Part shown: piece by piece, positions 1-6,442 of the stretch
Numbering within the stretch: the first letter of the stretch is position 1
How the letters are laid out: the number at the start of each line of letters is the position of its first letter
Source of the DNA: a virus
Lineage: Duplodnaviria > Caudoviricetes
Virus record (IMG/VR): IMGVR_UViG_3300034168_000656
Span: 1 to 34,813 of that record
Reading direction: 5' to 3' (one strand)
Length of the DNA: 34,813 nucleotides
The notes under the pieces: generated by a model
What the model was told of the DNA's origin: nothing
Database searches by the model: none
What the model saw: only the letters and a program-made list of their open reading frames with translations
Made by a program: the position numbers and the translations under genes

Positions 1-127
1 TTCTAAACTCGCTCTCATGATGATCCGCATCTATAAAATCTCTATCAATAACTTGTTTCTTCCATACAAAACCATTTAGATTTGTGTATTCAATTTTTTC
101 AAATCTATCTTTTAATATTTTTAAAGC
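1..127. repeat. Terminal direct repeat, left copy (circular assembly overlap)
   Basis: 1-127 is identical to 34687-34813. The repeat lies inside a coding region and its length matches a common assembler k-mer size. Confidence 0.97.
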
Positions 128-1477
128 ACAATTTTTAAAATATAAAATTGAAAAATCGGGTCCATCTTCTTCAATGTTAAATTTTGCAGTTTCAAGCATT
201 GATAAATATTGCGGGGTAAATGATTTTGTTGACCCAGCTACTAAGTCAAAAGGATCTAAATTATCGTTTGTCAATAATTCATTTAACACATAGTCTTTAA
301 CTTGAAATTCTGTAACCTCATCAACAAAATTACCATCTTTAGTTATGAATGTAAATGTTTTGGATTTATCAATAGGAAAATATTTAAAAAAGTTTTTATT
401 TTCTAAGTAAAATTTAAACTTATGATGTGAAATAGTTAGTTTTCCTTCATCGTTGTAGGTCCAAAACTGATTAACATTAATTTTCCTTTTTTGCTCTAAA
501 ATTTCATTTTCTATTTTTTCATTTGGTAATTCAGGGAATTGATTAGAAATATATTCGTTTGATTTTCCAACTAAAACCATGTTTGAAATAGTTTTAATTT
601 TTTGCTTATCTTCAAAATGTTTGCTTCCAAAGTTTGAAGTGTGTTTATAAGCTGAATTAATTAAAGCTATTATTTCCTTACTATCAAAATCTTTTTGTTG
701 ATTTGCTAAAATATACTTTTCTGCAATATATTTTTCCACTCCGAAATCATTAAAAGACAATGCTAATTTATGGAAGGAATTATTCCTATTTGTTCCGTTA
801 TAACTTTTCTTAAACCAAATCATTAATCGATTTGCTATTTGGTCTTGGTCCACTAAAGGGATGTTAGTTACAACACCTAATGTATTATTTATTTCTACTA
901 ATTCAGTTTGAATAAAATCAACATATAATTCAGATTCTTGGTTTATGTAAATATTTGGGTCGTATGATTCAAAACAAAGTCTGGAAATGTCCTGTCCTGA
1001 AGTATCTATCACACCATCTCCATATTCTTTATTTACCCATTCAAAGTAACTAACAATTGATTTATAATACTTATTGTATTCATCATTAGATTCAATATTA
1101 GGAATTCTAATTAAAGCCTTCAATCCATCTCCTGAAGGACTAATCCAGCATGAAAAAACGTATTCATTATTTGACATCTTTCCTTTTAATTCTTTTACTA
1201 AATCAAAAGTTTTTAACTTGTCAAAATCTAAAATACATAATCCACTTGCTTTTTTTAATTCTGCTTTTGCTCTTTTATTAAATGTACCCGCAAAAGTTAC
1301 AGCAGATAATGATCCTTTAATTTCTTTCCTATTATTATCATCTAATTCAGAACGTAAAGATTCAATTGTTTTTTTAACAGCTCCATCTTTTATTCTTTCA
1401 AGATAATACATTACATCTTTTGGTCGACCAACAGGAACAACCGATGTTTTATTCTTATAGAGGTCAACTAAATTCAT
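1..1477 (-). CDS. Primase-helicase, N-terminal part (BT4734/VirE-N-like primase region); continues across the junction to 33743
   Basis: Missing from the ORF track. ATG at 1477 overlaps the TGA of the upstream ORF. Translates MNLVDLYKNK...VTFAGTF...SGLCILDFD...WISPSGDGLKALIRI...DTSGQDISRLCFESYDP. 1477+944 nt = 807 codons, in frame with the C-terminal part. Confidence 0.9.
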   Translation of the reverse strand, partial: MNLVDLYKNKTSVVPVGRPKDVMYYLERIKDGAVKKTIESLRSELDDNNRKEIKGSLSAVTFAGTFNKRAKAELKKASGLCILDFDKLKTFDLVKELKGKMSNNEYVFSCWISPSGDGLKALIRIPNIESNDEYNKYYKSIVSYFEWVNKEYGDGVIDTSGQDISRLCFESYDPNIYINQESELYVDFIQTELVEINNTLGVVTNIPLVDQDQIANRLMIWFKKSYNGTNRNNSFHKLALSFNDFGVEKYIAEKYILANQQKDFDSKEIIALINSAYKHTSNFGSKHFEDKQKIKTISNMVLVGKSNEYISNQFPELPNEKIENEILEQKRKINVNQFWTYNDEGKLTISHHKFKFYLENKNFFKYFPIDKSKTFTFITKDGNFVDEVTEFQVKDYVLNELLTNDNLDPFDLVAGSTKSFTPQYLSMLETAKFNIEEDGPDFSILYFKNCALKILKDRFEKIEYTNLNGFVWKKQVIDRDFIDADHHESEFR

Positions 1478-1707
1478 GCTACAGTTTCTTGAAATTCATA
1501 ATAAAAAATAGTAAACGCATCCTTAACCTTTACACCCTTTAATGAAAATAAAGCGTCTCGATTGTCATTTACTGTGCAAAAAACAGATTCTAATATTACA
1601 TCTGATTTATACACTTGATTTTCTAAATCATTTAAACAGCAGAAGCTATAAAAAGGTACATATTCAAAGAACTCTTTAAAATTTACTACTTGAACTTTTT
1701 TTCTCAT
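1474..1707 (-). CDS. Hypothetical protein (77 aa), first gene of the replication operon
   Basis: A-rich start context; ATGA-coupled to the primase gene. Confidence 0.7.
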   Translation of the reverse strand: MRKKVQVVNFKEFFEYVPFYSFCCLNDLENQVYKSDVILESVFCTVNDNRDALFSLKGVKVKDAFTIFYYEFQETVA

Positions 1708-1728
1708 ATTTTGTAATTTTTAATAAAT

Positions 1729-1810
1729 AAAAAAAGCCCCTGCAAAATCATAAGGTCCAGTTATGAAAATGCAGAGGCAAAGCTAATTTCTTTTATATCC
1801 TGGACCGATA
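1729..1810 (-). promoter_or_regulatory. Structured 5' leader / putative attenuator A
   Basis: Minus-strand stem GCCUCUGCA/UGCAGGGGC (1770-1778/1736-1744), inner stem UCAUAA/UUAUGA, loop CUGGACC (1754-1760) and U7 tail. The loop is complementary to 5' GGUCCAG (1800-1806). Confidence 0.7.
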
Positions 1811-1816
1811 TATTTA

Positions 1817-1844
1817 CAAATATACTAAATTTTATTTAAAACAA
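1817..1844 (-). promoter_or_regulatory. Bacteroidota sigma70-type promoter
   Basis: TATATTTG (-7 element) at 1817-1824 with TTG at 1842-1844, 17-nt spacer. Confidence 0.7.
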
Positions 1845-1848
1845 TATC

Positions 1849-2131
1849 ACGCAACACATTTATTTTTTACGCAACACATTTTTAATATCAATGTGTTGCA
1901 TGTAATACTTTGATTTATATATAATTATCTACTTACGCAACACATTTAACACTTTTTTTTTCATTTTTCAGTTTTATCGGTAATAAAAAAAATATATTTT
2001 TTATCTAAATTAATATATTATAAAAGGGTAGAAATATATAGTGTATAGGTGTTTTTTAGAAAATGTGTTGCTTTTGAATATAACTATTTAAAATATAGTG
2101 ATTTAGACACAACACATTTAGCAACACATTT
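1849..2131. repeat. Iteron-like GCAACACATT repeat cluster, putative replication origin
   Basis: Direct copies at 1851, 1871, 1937, 2121 and 2109 (1 mismatch); inverted copies at 1890 and 2062. Very AT-rich, non-coding, upstream of the primase operon. Confidence 0.7.
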
Positions 2132-2143
2132 TACTTTTACACC

Positions 2144-2228
2144 AAAAAAAAACTCCAACCAGTTACGATTGGAGTTTAATTATCAATACCAGTTTTATAA
2201 AATTGATATTCTTTGATTGTCGAGATGT
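2144..2228 (-). ncRNA. Putative ~85-nt two-hairpin small RNA
   Basis: TATATTTG at 2230-2237, hairpin 2181-2208, terminator hairpin 2150-2177 with a U-run, and no ORF. Confidence 0.5.
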
Positions 2229-2229
2229 G

Positions 2230-2237
2230 CAAATATA
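2230..2237 (-). promoter_or_regulatory. Bacteroidota -7 promoter element
   Basis: Intergenic TATATTTG. Confidence 0.55.
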
Positions 2238-2274
2238 CTAAATTATTTGATATGTATTTTCAAAAATTTGTTTT

Positions 2275-2508
2275 TCAACAAGCCATCTTTCTCCTTGAAC
2301 TCCTAGTAAATCCATCTTCATCTCCTAGTTCAAATATTTTTGCTTTTACGCTTTCATAATCTAACCATATATCAAAACTACTTTTAAAATCACAATAAGG
2401 GCATTTAATAGTATTACCTTCCATTATATTACGTTCATATTCGTGTGGTCTTTCATCACATGATTTACAACCACAACTAGTTTCTTGTTCACATGAAGGA
2501 CACGTCAT
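2275..2508 (-). CDS. Small Cys-rich, putative Zn-binding protein (77 aa)
   Basis: CPSC, CGCKSC and CPYC motifs. Confidence 0.75.
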   Translation of the reverse strand: MTCPSCEQETSCGCKSCDERPHEYERNIMEGNTIKCPYCDFKSSFDIWLDYESVKAKIFELGDEDGFTRSSRRKMAC

Positions 2509-2527
2509 CGTTTAAAAAAATTAAGTA

Positions 2528-2674
2528 TTATTTGTTTTTTTGTTGTTTTAATATTTCGTCGATTACGTTTCGAACGTCTCTAATTAGTTCGCAAGTTCCT
2601 TCACTTTTTAAAAACCATTCTTCGTGTCCTTGTTTAACAAGTTCTCTAATAATTTTCTTTGTTGTTATTTTCAT
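2528..2674 (-). CDS. Hypothetical protein (48 aa, MKITTKKIIRELVKQGHEEWF...)
   Basis: Read manually; its ATG overlaps the TGA of the upstream frame. Confidence 0.6.
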   Translation of the reverse strand: MKITTKKIIRELVKQGHEEWFLKSEGTCELIRDVRNVIDEILKQQKNK

Positions 2675-2822
2675 AATTTTTCTATTTCTTGTTTAACTTC
2701 TTGCCAATACTCAGAGTTATCCATCCATACATAACCATCAAATCTTGTTACTTCTTCTTCGCATGGATTTGATTTCAATATCTCATTAACTGCTATTAAT
2801 GCACATCTTTTTCTTTTTCCAT
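2671..2822 (-). pseudogene. 5'-truncated paralog of the 3815-3997 gene
   Basis: Frame reads CALIAVNEILKSNP...EYWQEVKQEIEKL*, but the ATG at 2822 is out of frame. Confidence 0.6.
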
Positions 2823-2835
2823 CTTATTTATATTA

Positions 2836-3036
2836 TTACATTTCTTCAAAAAACCCTTCATCGTATCCTTGCTGTTCGTATTGTTTAATAATGTTGATGG
2901 CTTCACGAACTTTTTTAGCATCTTCTTCTTCCAAGTAAACTTCGGGTTTACACCATCCACCAACACTAATCATGTAAAAAAAATCTTCACTAATACCTAT
3001 CGGTTGAGCATCTTTTTTAAATTTTAAATTTTCCAT
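2836..3036 (-). CDS. Hypothetical protein (66 aa, MENLKFKKDAQPIG...)
   Basis: Start moved to the ATG 1 nt after the upstream stop. Confidence 0.75.
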   Translation of the reverse strand: MENLKFKKDAQPIGISEDFFYMISVGGWCKPEVYLEEEDAKKVREAINIIKQYEQQGYDEGFFEEM

Positions 3037-3037
3037 C

Positions 3038-3430
3038 TTATTTCTTTTCAAATTGTTTAAACCAATCATTAAATGATACTTTGCATTCAATTCCATCAGG
3101 AACATTTGCTTTCCAACAAGCAATAAATGCTTGCATAACTTCTTCCAAAGTAAACAACTTATCTTTATTCAACTCCATTGCTTTGTTGAAGCCTTCTATA
3201 TATGCACTAACAGCCAAGTTATGTTCATGTTCTCTATGTTTTGGCTTAATCACTATATATTCATCAGCCAACTTCTCAACATCTATCACTCCAAATATCT
3301 CATCACAGTTTTGTTTTGAGAGTTTCATAGCACCTAGCTCATCAATAAATGATTGATCTGTAGTTGCAATTGCAAGTTCTTCACCATCTTTCATTAGATA
3401 GTATTCGTTGTTTTCAAATTGTAGTTTCAT
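3038..3430 (-). CDS. Hypothetical phage protein (130 aa)
   Basis: A-rich start directly after leader B. Confidence 0.8.
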   Translation of the reverse strand: MKLQFENNEYYLMKDGEELAIATTDQSFIDELGAMKLSKQNCDEIFGVIDVEKLADEYIVIKPKHREHEHNLAVSAYIEGFNKAMELNKDKLFTLEEVMQAFIACWKANVPDGIECKVSFNDWFKQFEKK

Positions 3431-3791
3431 AATTATTTAAATTTTTTGAATAAAAAAGCCCCATCAAAATGCAGAGGTCGGAGTTTCTACAGATTGACAG
3501 GGCAATGCCTTTTGTGTTTAATATGGTTTCCGACCTAACACGTTTACAAATATATATACTATTTACATATAAAATACATTTTTTACTTATTATTTGTTTT
3601 TTACTAGCTTGCGTAAATGTAAACTTTCCATCTACACGATGCGTAAATCCTTTATCATTTAGGTTACGTTTAAGCGTGCAAAATCTGCATTCGATAGTCT
3701 TACCCTTATTTGCTTTTATCTTGTATCTAGACTCATCTAAATGGTACATACACATCGGGTAGTTATTTCTACAGGTGAAGCACTTTTTCAT
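3414..3791 (-). CDS. CxxC...CxxC putative Zn-binding protein; C-terminal ~57 aa probably read-through into the inserted cassette
   Basis: CFTC and CRFC motifs; the 3' half overlaps a promoter and leader B. Confidence 0.6.
   Translation of the reverse strand: MKKCFTCRNNYPMCMYHLDESRYKIKANKGKTIECRFCTLKRNLNDKGFTHRVDGKFTFTQASKKQIISKKCILYVNSIYICKRVRSETILNTKGIALSICRNSDLCILMGLFYSKNLNNYETTI
3452..3540 (-). promoter_or_regulatory. Structured 5' leader / putative attenuator B
   Basis: Stem GCCCUGUCAA/UUGAUGGGGC (3494-3503/3458-3467), inner stem UGUAGA/UCUGCA and U6 tail. UCCGACCU (3475-3482) is complementary to 5' AGGUCGGA (3529-3536). Confidence 0.7.
3547..3554 (-). promoter_or_regulatory. Bacteroidota -7 promoter element
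   Basis: TATATTTG at the same distance from the pairing segment as in leader A. Confidence 0.6.
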
Positions 3792-3793
3792 AA

Positions 3794-3997
3794 TTATATT
3801 TCTTGTTTAACTTCTTACCAATATTCTTCATGTTTTTCACATAGCTTTATAAAACCGCAATTCCTACTCTCTAAAGTATTTGTTTTTAATACTTCATCAA
3901 CTGCAATTAACGCAGCAACCTTACCTCCATTGATGGTCAATAAGATTTCATTTGAAAACTTATCAACTAATTCAATTGCTTTTTCTTTAGGTGTCAT
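3794..3997 (-). CDS. Hypothetical protein MTPKEKA... with an early TAA at 3815-3817 (last 7 aa lost)
   Basis: Reads EEYW*EVKQEI*, whereas the paralogous remnant reads EYWQEVKQEI. Confidence 0.7.
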
Positions 3998-4287
3998 AAT
4001 TTATCATATATTACTTGCTCACTTTCACTTAATTGTTCATACGTACAGCTAAATCCGTTTAACATTTCATCTTCCGTTGCATACGCTTCGTTCTTGAATC
4101 CAATTGCGGCACGATTAGAACGCTTAGCTAGTTCCTTTTCTAGGCGTATTTTAGCCTGTATTTCGCATTTAAACACTTTCGTTGCACGTTTGTTTAACTC
4201 GTTTAATATAGTTACGTTAAACGGCTGTTTATTTAATCTATTTGTAAGCGTGTCCGTAGATAGTTTTCTTGCGTAATCGCTTGTCAT
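3994..4287 (-). CDS. Hypothetical protein (97 aa)
   Basis: ATGA-coupled at both ends when started at MTSDY. Confidence 0.75.
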   Translation of the reverse strand: MTSDYARKLSTDTLTNRLNKQPFNVTILNELNKRATKVFKCEIQAKIRLEKELAKRSNRAAIGFKNEAYATEDEMLNGFSCTYEQLSESEQVIYDKL

Positions 4288-4547
4288 AATTTTCCCCATA
4301 TTATTCGCTTGTTTTTAAACGTTGGATAGTGTCCCATTGCGACGCGGAAACAGAACTTATCTTCTATTTCTTTGTCTATTCCATTTTGTTTTTTATCGAG
4401 TCTTGCAACCGCTTGTTGACTTATTCCAATTACTTCTGCAATTTCTTTATAGGTAGCATTATCGTTATACATCTTCCTAATTGCTATACGTTTCATTTGT
4501 ACGTATTCCGGCAACTTTGATTTATGACTTGTGAAATAATGTTTCAT
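4284..4547 (-). CDS. Helix-turn-helix DNA-binding protein
   Basis: ATYKEIAEVIGISQQAVARL motif; likely start MKHYF. Confidence 0.75.
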   Translation of the reverse strand: MKHYFTSHKSKLPEYVQMKRIAIRKMYNDNATYKEIAEVIGISQQAVARLDKKQNGIDKEIEDKFCFRVAMGHYPTFKNKRIIWGKL

Positions 4548-4551
4548 GTTT

Positions 4552-4629
4552 TTAAAATTTTCCATACACACTAAAAAAGATTACGATTGTAATTACTATA
4601 ATCGCCAAAATGATTTTTGCTAAACACAT
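4552..4629 (-). CDS. Putative 25-aa single-pass membrane peptide
   Basis: MCLAKIILAIIVITIVIFFSVYGKF, filling the gap between neighbouring genes. Confidence 0.45.
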   Translation of the reverse strand: MCLAKIILAIIVITIVIFFSVYGKF

Positions 4630-4631
4630 AT

Positions 4632-4772
4632 TTAAAGGCTTGTATAATATTGTGGATAGTCTTGCGGAAAAACTTTCTTTTTTGCATCTTTTAATCTTTT
4701 TTTAATTTTACGTTCTTCTTCGATGTGGCTAATTACCCAGTAAATTGCACCACCTAATACTAATTCAATCAT
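4632..4772 (-). CDS. Hypothetical protein (46 aa, hydrophobic N-terminus)
   Basis: Read manually: MIELVLGGAIYWVISHIEEERKIKK... Confidence 0.55.
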   Translation of the reverse strand: MIELVLGGAIYWVISHIEEERKIKKRLKDAKKKVFPQDYPQYYTSL

Positions 4773-4821
4773 TTTGATATGTTTTAAAATGTGCGTTAAC
4801 TAAGTCGCATCCCTTATTTTT

Positions 4822-5064
4822 TTAATTTAATCCTGTTTCAATTTTTAATAATTCTAATTTTATTTGTAAATTTTTATAGTTAGCTATAGCCTTATCAAAA
4901 GTTTCAAAGTTTTTACCATATGTTCTTCTATAATTACATATTTTATTTACATTAATGTAGTTACTATTTCCTTTAACAACAATAACCTCGTATTTAGTTT
5001 TTGATATTGTAAACTCGTAACCTGTGTAACTTGTTTTTTTGTCTTCTGATAAAATTGTTTTCAT
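4822..5064 (-). CDS. Hypothetical early protein (80 aa)
   Basis: First ORF after a consensus promoter. Confidence 0.8.
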   Translation of the reverse strand: MKTILSEDKKTSYTGYEFTISKTKYEVIVVKGNSNYINVNKICNYRRTYGKNFETFDKAIANYKNLQIKLELLKIETGLN

Positions 5065-5085
5065 AATTTTGTTTGTTTGTTTCTA

Positions 5086-5115
5086 CAAATATACAAACTA
5101 AATCTAATAAAACAA
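5086..5115 (-). promoter_or_regulatory. Consensus Bacteroidota promoter TTG-N19-TATATTTG
   Basis: TTG at 5113-5115 and TATATTTG at 5086-5093, followed by a (CAAA)n leader. Confidence 0.8.
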
Positions 5116-5149
5116 CATTATAATATAGAAAGTTTACTTTTATTTTAAT

Positions 5150-5177
5150 AAAAAAGCCACTCATTTTGTAAGTGGCT
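5150..5177 (-). terminator. Intrinsic terminator after the endolysin
   Basis: AGCCACT/AGTGGCT stem with a U-run. Confidence 0.8.
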
Positions 5178-5182
5178 GATTT

Positions 5183-5650
5183 TTAATCTTTTATCTCGAA
5201 GTGCATCCAATCATAATTTTTCTCTTTTCCTAGACTTACAAAACCATGTTTGTAAAAAATATCAATCATTTGCTTATATTCAGGTCTTGCAAAACGTGCT
5301 GTACGTGCAGTTTCTTTTAATTTATTTCGTTCACTATCTAAATCTATTGCTACACCCCATGAATGTCTACTCCAATCTGAGCCACCTCGCATTTTTCGAA
5401 AGTTGAAACAACCACCAAAAAGATCTATTCCTAACTCTACTATCTTAGCGTAGCCGTAATGCGCTAGCAAGTCATTAAATACTCCTAAAAATTTATCTGC
5501 AACAAGTTTATGACAGCTCATTCTAGATACTTTTGTATTTAAATCCCAAGCTAAACGCATAGGATAAGGTAAATTAATAGTAACTAAATAACCAGTACCT
5601 GTTATATTTGGTTTACCATACTTGGATATTAGCTGTTTAGTTGTTATCAT
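5183..5650 (-). CDS. Endolysin, M15-family zinc peptidase
   Basis: SRHSWGVAIDLD and DWMHFE motifs. Confidence 0.9.
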   Translation of the reverse strand: MITTKQLISKYGKPNITGTGYLVTINLPYPMRLAWDLNTKVSRMSCHKLVADKFLGVFNDLLAHYGYAKIVELGIDLFGGCFNFRKMRGGSDWSRHSWGVAIDLDSERNKLKETARTARFARPEYKQMIDIFYKHGFVSLGKEKNYDWMHFEIKD

Positions 5651-5852
5651 CCTCTACCTTTTGCGCGTTATAAACTGCAATTGCGCCTAGCTTTAATGAC
5701 AATACCTCTAATGCGATTTTAATAACTGGTCTGTTATCTACTATTCCACTTTCAGCAACGGCTAATGAAACCGCACCTAATATAGATGCTACTTTTACAC
5801 CTAGCTTATTTTTTCTTGGTGTTCTTGCTTTTATTCTTTGTAAAATATTCAT
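5637..5852 (-). CDS. Small membrane protein, putative holin or lysis accessory protein
   Basis: Basic N-terminus, two hydrophobic segments, overlaps the endolysin start. Confidence 0.55.
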   Translation of the reverse strand: MNILQRIKARTPRKNKLGVKVASILGAVSLAVAESGIVDNRPVIKIALEVLSLKLGAIAVYNAQKVEDDNN

Positions 5853-6340
5853 ATTATTTGTTTTAGGGTATTTTGATATGCTAAATGTGCGTCTTCTTCG
5901 TTGATATAATGACCTAAAAAAAATTGTTTACCATTGATCTGAATCATTGCCCTCCATTTATTAAATTTTTTATCCCAACTTACACCTTTATACATGCTAC
6001 TATATTTACCTTGTGTTTTTTTTACATTAAATCTTTGCGTTACTATTTGTAAATTTTCAACTCTATTATCAGATGGATTGTCGTTAATGTGGTCAATTAC
6101 TTTTCCATGTCCGTTTGGTATATGATTTAAAAAAGCCATGGCAACTAATTGATGGACATATTTATTTTTTATTTTATTATCTTTAGATAAACAAACAACA
6201 TAATAATTTCCACATATTACTTTTTTTAATATTTTTTCGTTGTTACTTCTTTTGTAATTAAGTGACTTCACATTACCTAAATTACTCACTTGGTACAATC
6301 CATCATAACCAGGAATGTCTTTAAATATTTCTTCTTGCAT
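5849..6340 (-). CDS. Free-standing NUMOD4-HNH-AP2 homing endonuclease
   Basis: KDIPGYDGLYQVSNLGNVKS (NUMOD4), IDHINDNPSDNRVENL (HNH), YKGVSWDK...WRAMI...FLG (AP2). Confidence 0.92.
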   Translation of the reverse strand: MQEEIFKDIPGYDGLYQVSNLGNVKSLNYKRSNNEKILKKVICGNYYVVCLSKDNKIKNKYVHQLVAMAFLNHIPNGHGKVIDHINDNPSDNRVENLQIVTQRFNVKKTQGKYSSMYKGVSWDKKFNKWRAMIQINGKQFFLGHYINEEDAHLAYQNTLKQII

Positions 6341-6344
6341 ATTT

Positions 6345-6438
6345 TATACGTTTTTATTCACGTTGTTAAAAAAAGAATGGAGCAGGAACGTGAACCTTTT
6401 GCATAAGACCGCTAAATCTTAACTCCAATGTAAATATA
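6345..6438 (-). promoter_or_regulatory. Promoter-like TATATTTA plus cloverleaf leader of the HNH gene
   Basis: Closing stem UGGAG/CUCCA, two inner hairpins and a U7 run. Loop UUCACGUU (6387-6394) is complementary to AACGUGAA (6357-6364). Confidence 0.6.
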
Positions 6439-6442
6439 CTAA

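Larger units (their letters stand above)
2526..3602 (-). mobile_element. Putative inserted moron-like cassette flanked by 15-bp direct repeats
   Basis: TATTATTTGTTTTTT at 2526-2540 and 3588-3602. Removing the segment restores an in-frame gene end coupled to the next gene. The cassette has its own promoter. Confidence 0.55.

Noticed and set aside
1-127. Biological terminal repeat or att site
   Set aside because: It lies mid-gene and its length equals a typical assembly k-mer, so it is best explained as a circularisation overlap.
1729-1810. HDV-like (theta) ribozyme
   Set aside because: The pseudoknot lacks recognisable P3/P1.1/P4 elements and ends in a terminator-like U-tract.
1849-2131. CRISPR or mini-array
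   Set aside because: The repeats are only 10 bp, occur in both orientations and are irregularly spaced.
2805-2822. Programmed -1 frameshift rescuing the remnant gene
   Set aside because: The A-runs are only 5 long, with no in-frame X XXY YYZ heptamer, and the family's N-terminal part is missing anyway.
3815-3817. Stop-codon reassignment suggested by the in-frame TAA
   Set aside because: Long genes are intact in code 11, TAA, TGA and TAG all end genes, and no suppressor tRNA is seen. A point mutation explains it.
5852-5864. Third partial copy of the cassette repeat (TATTATTTGTTTT) as a specific recombination site
   Set aside because: It is better explained as the generic A-rich translation initiation context, and there is no partner copy at the other end of the HNH gene.
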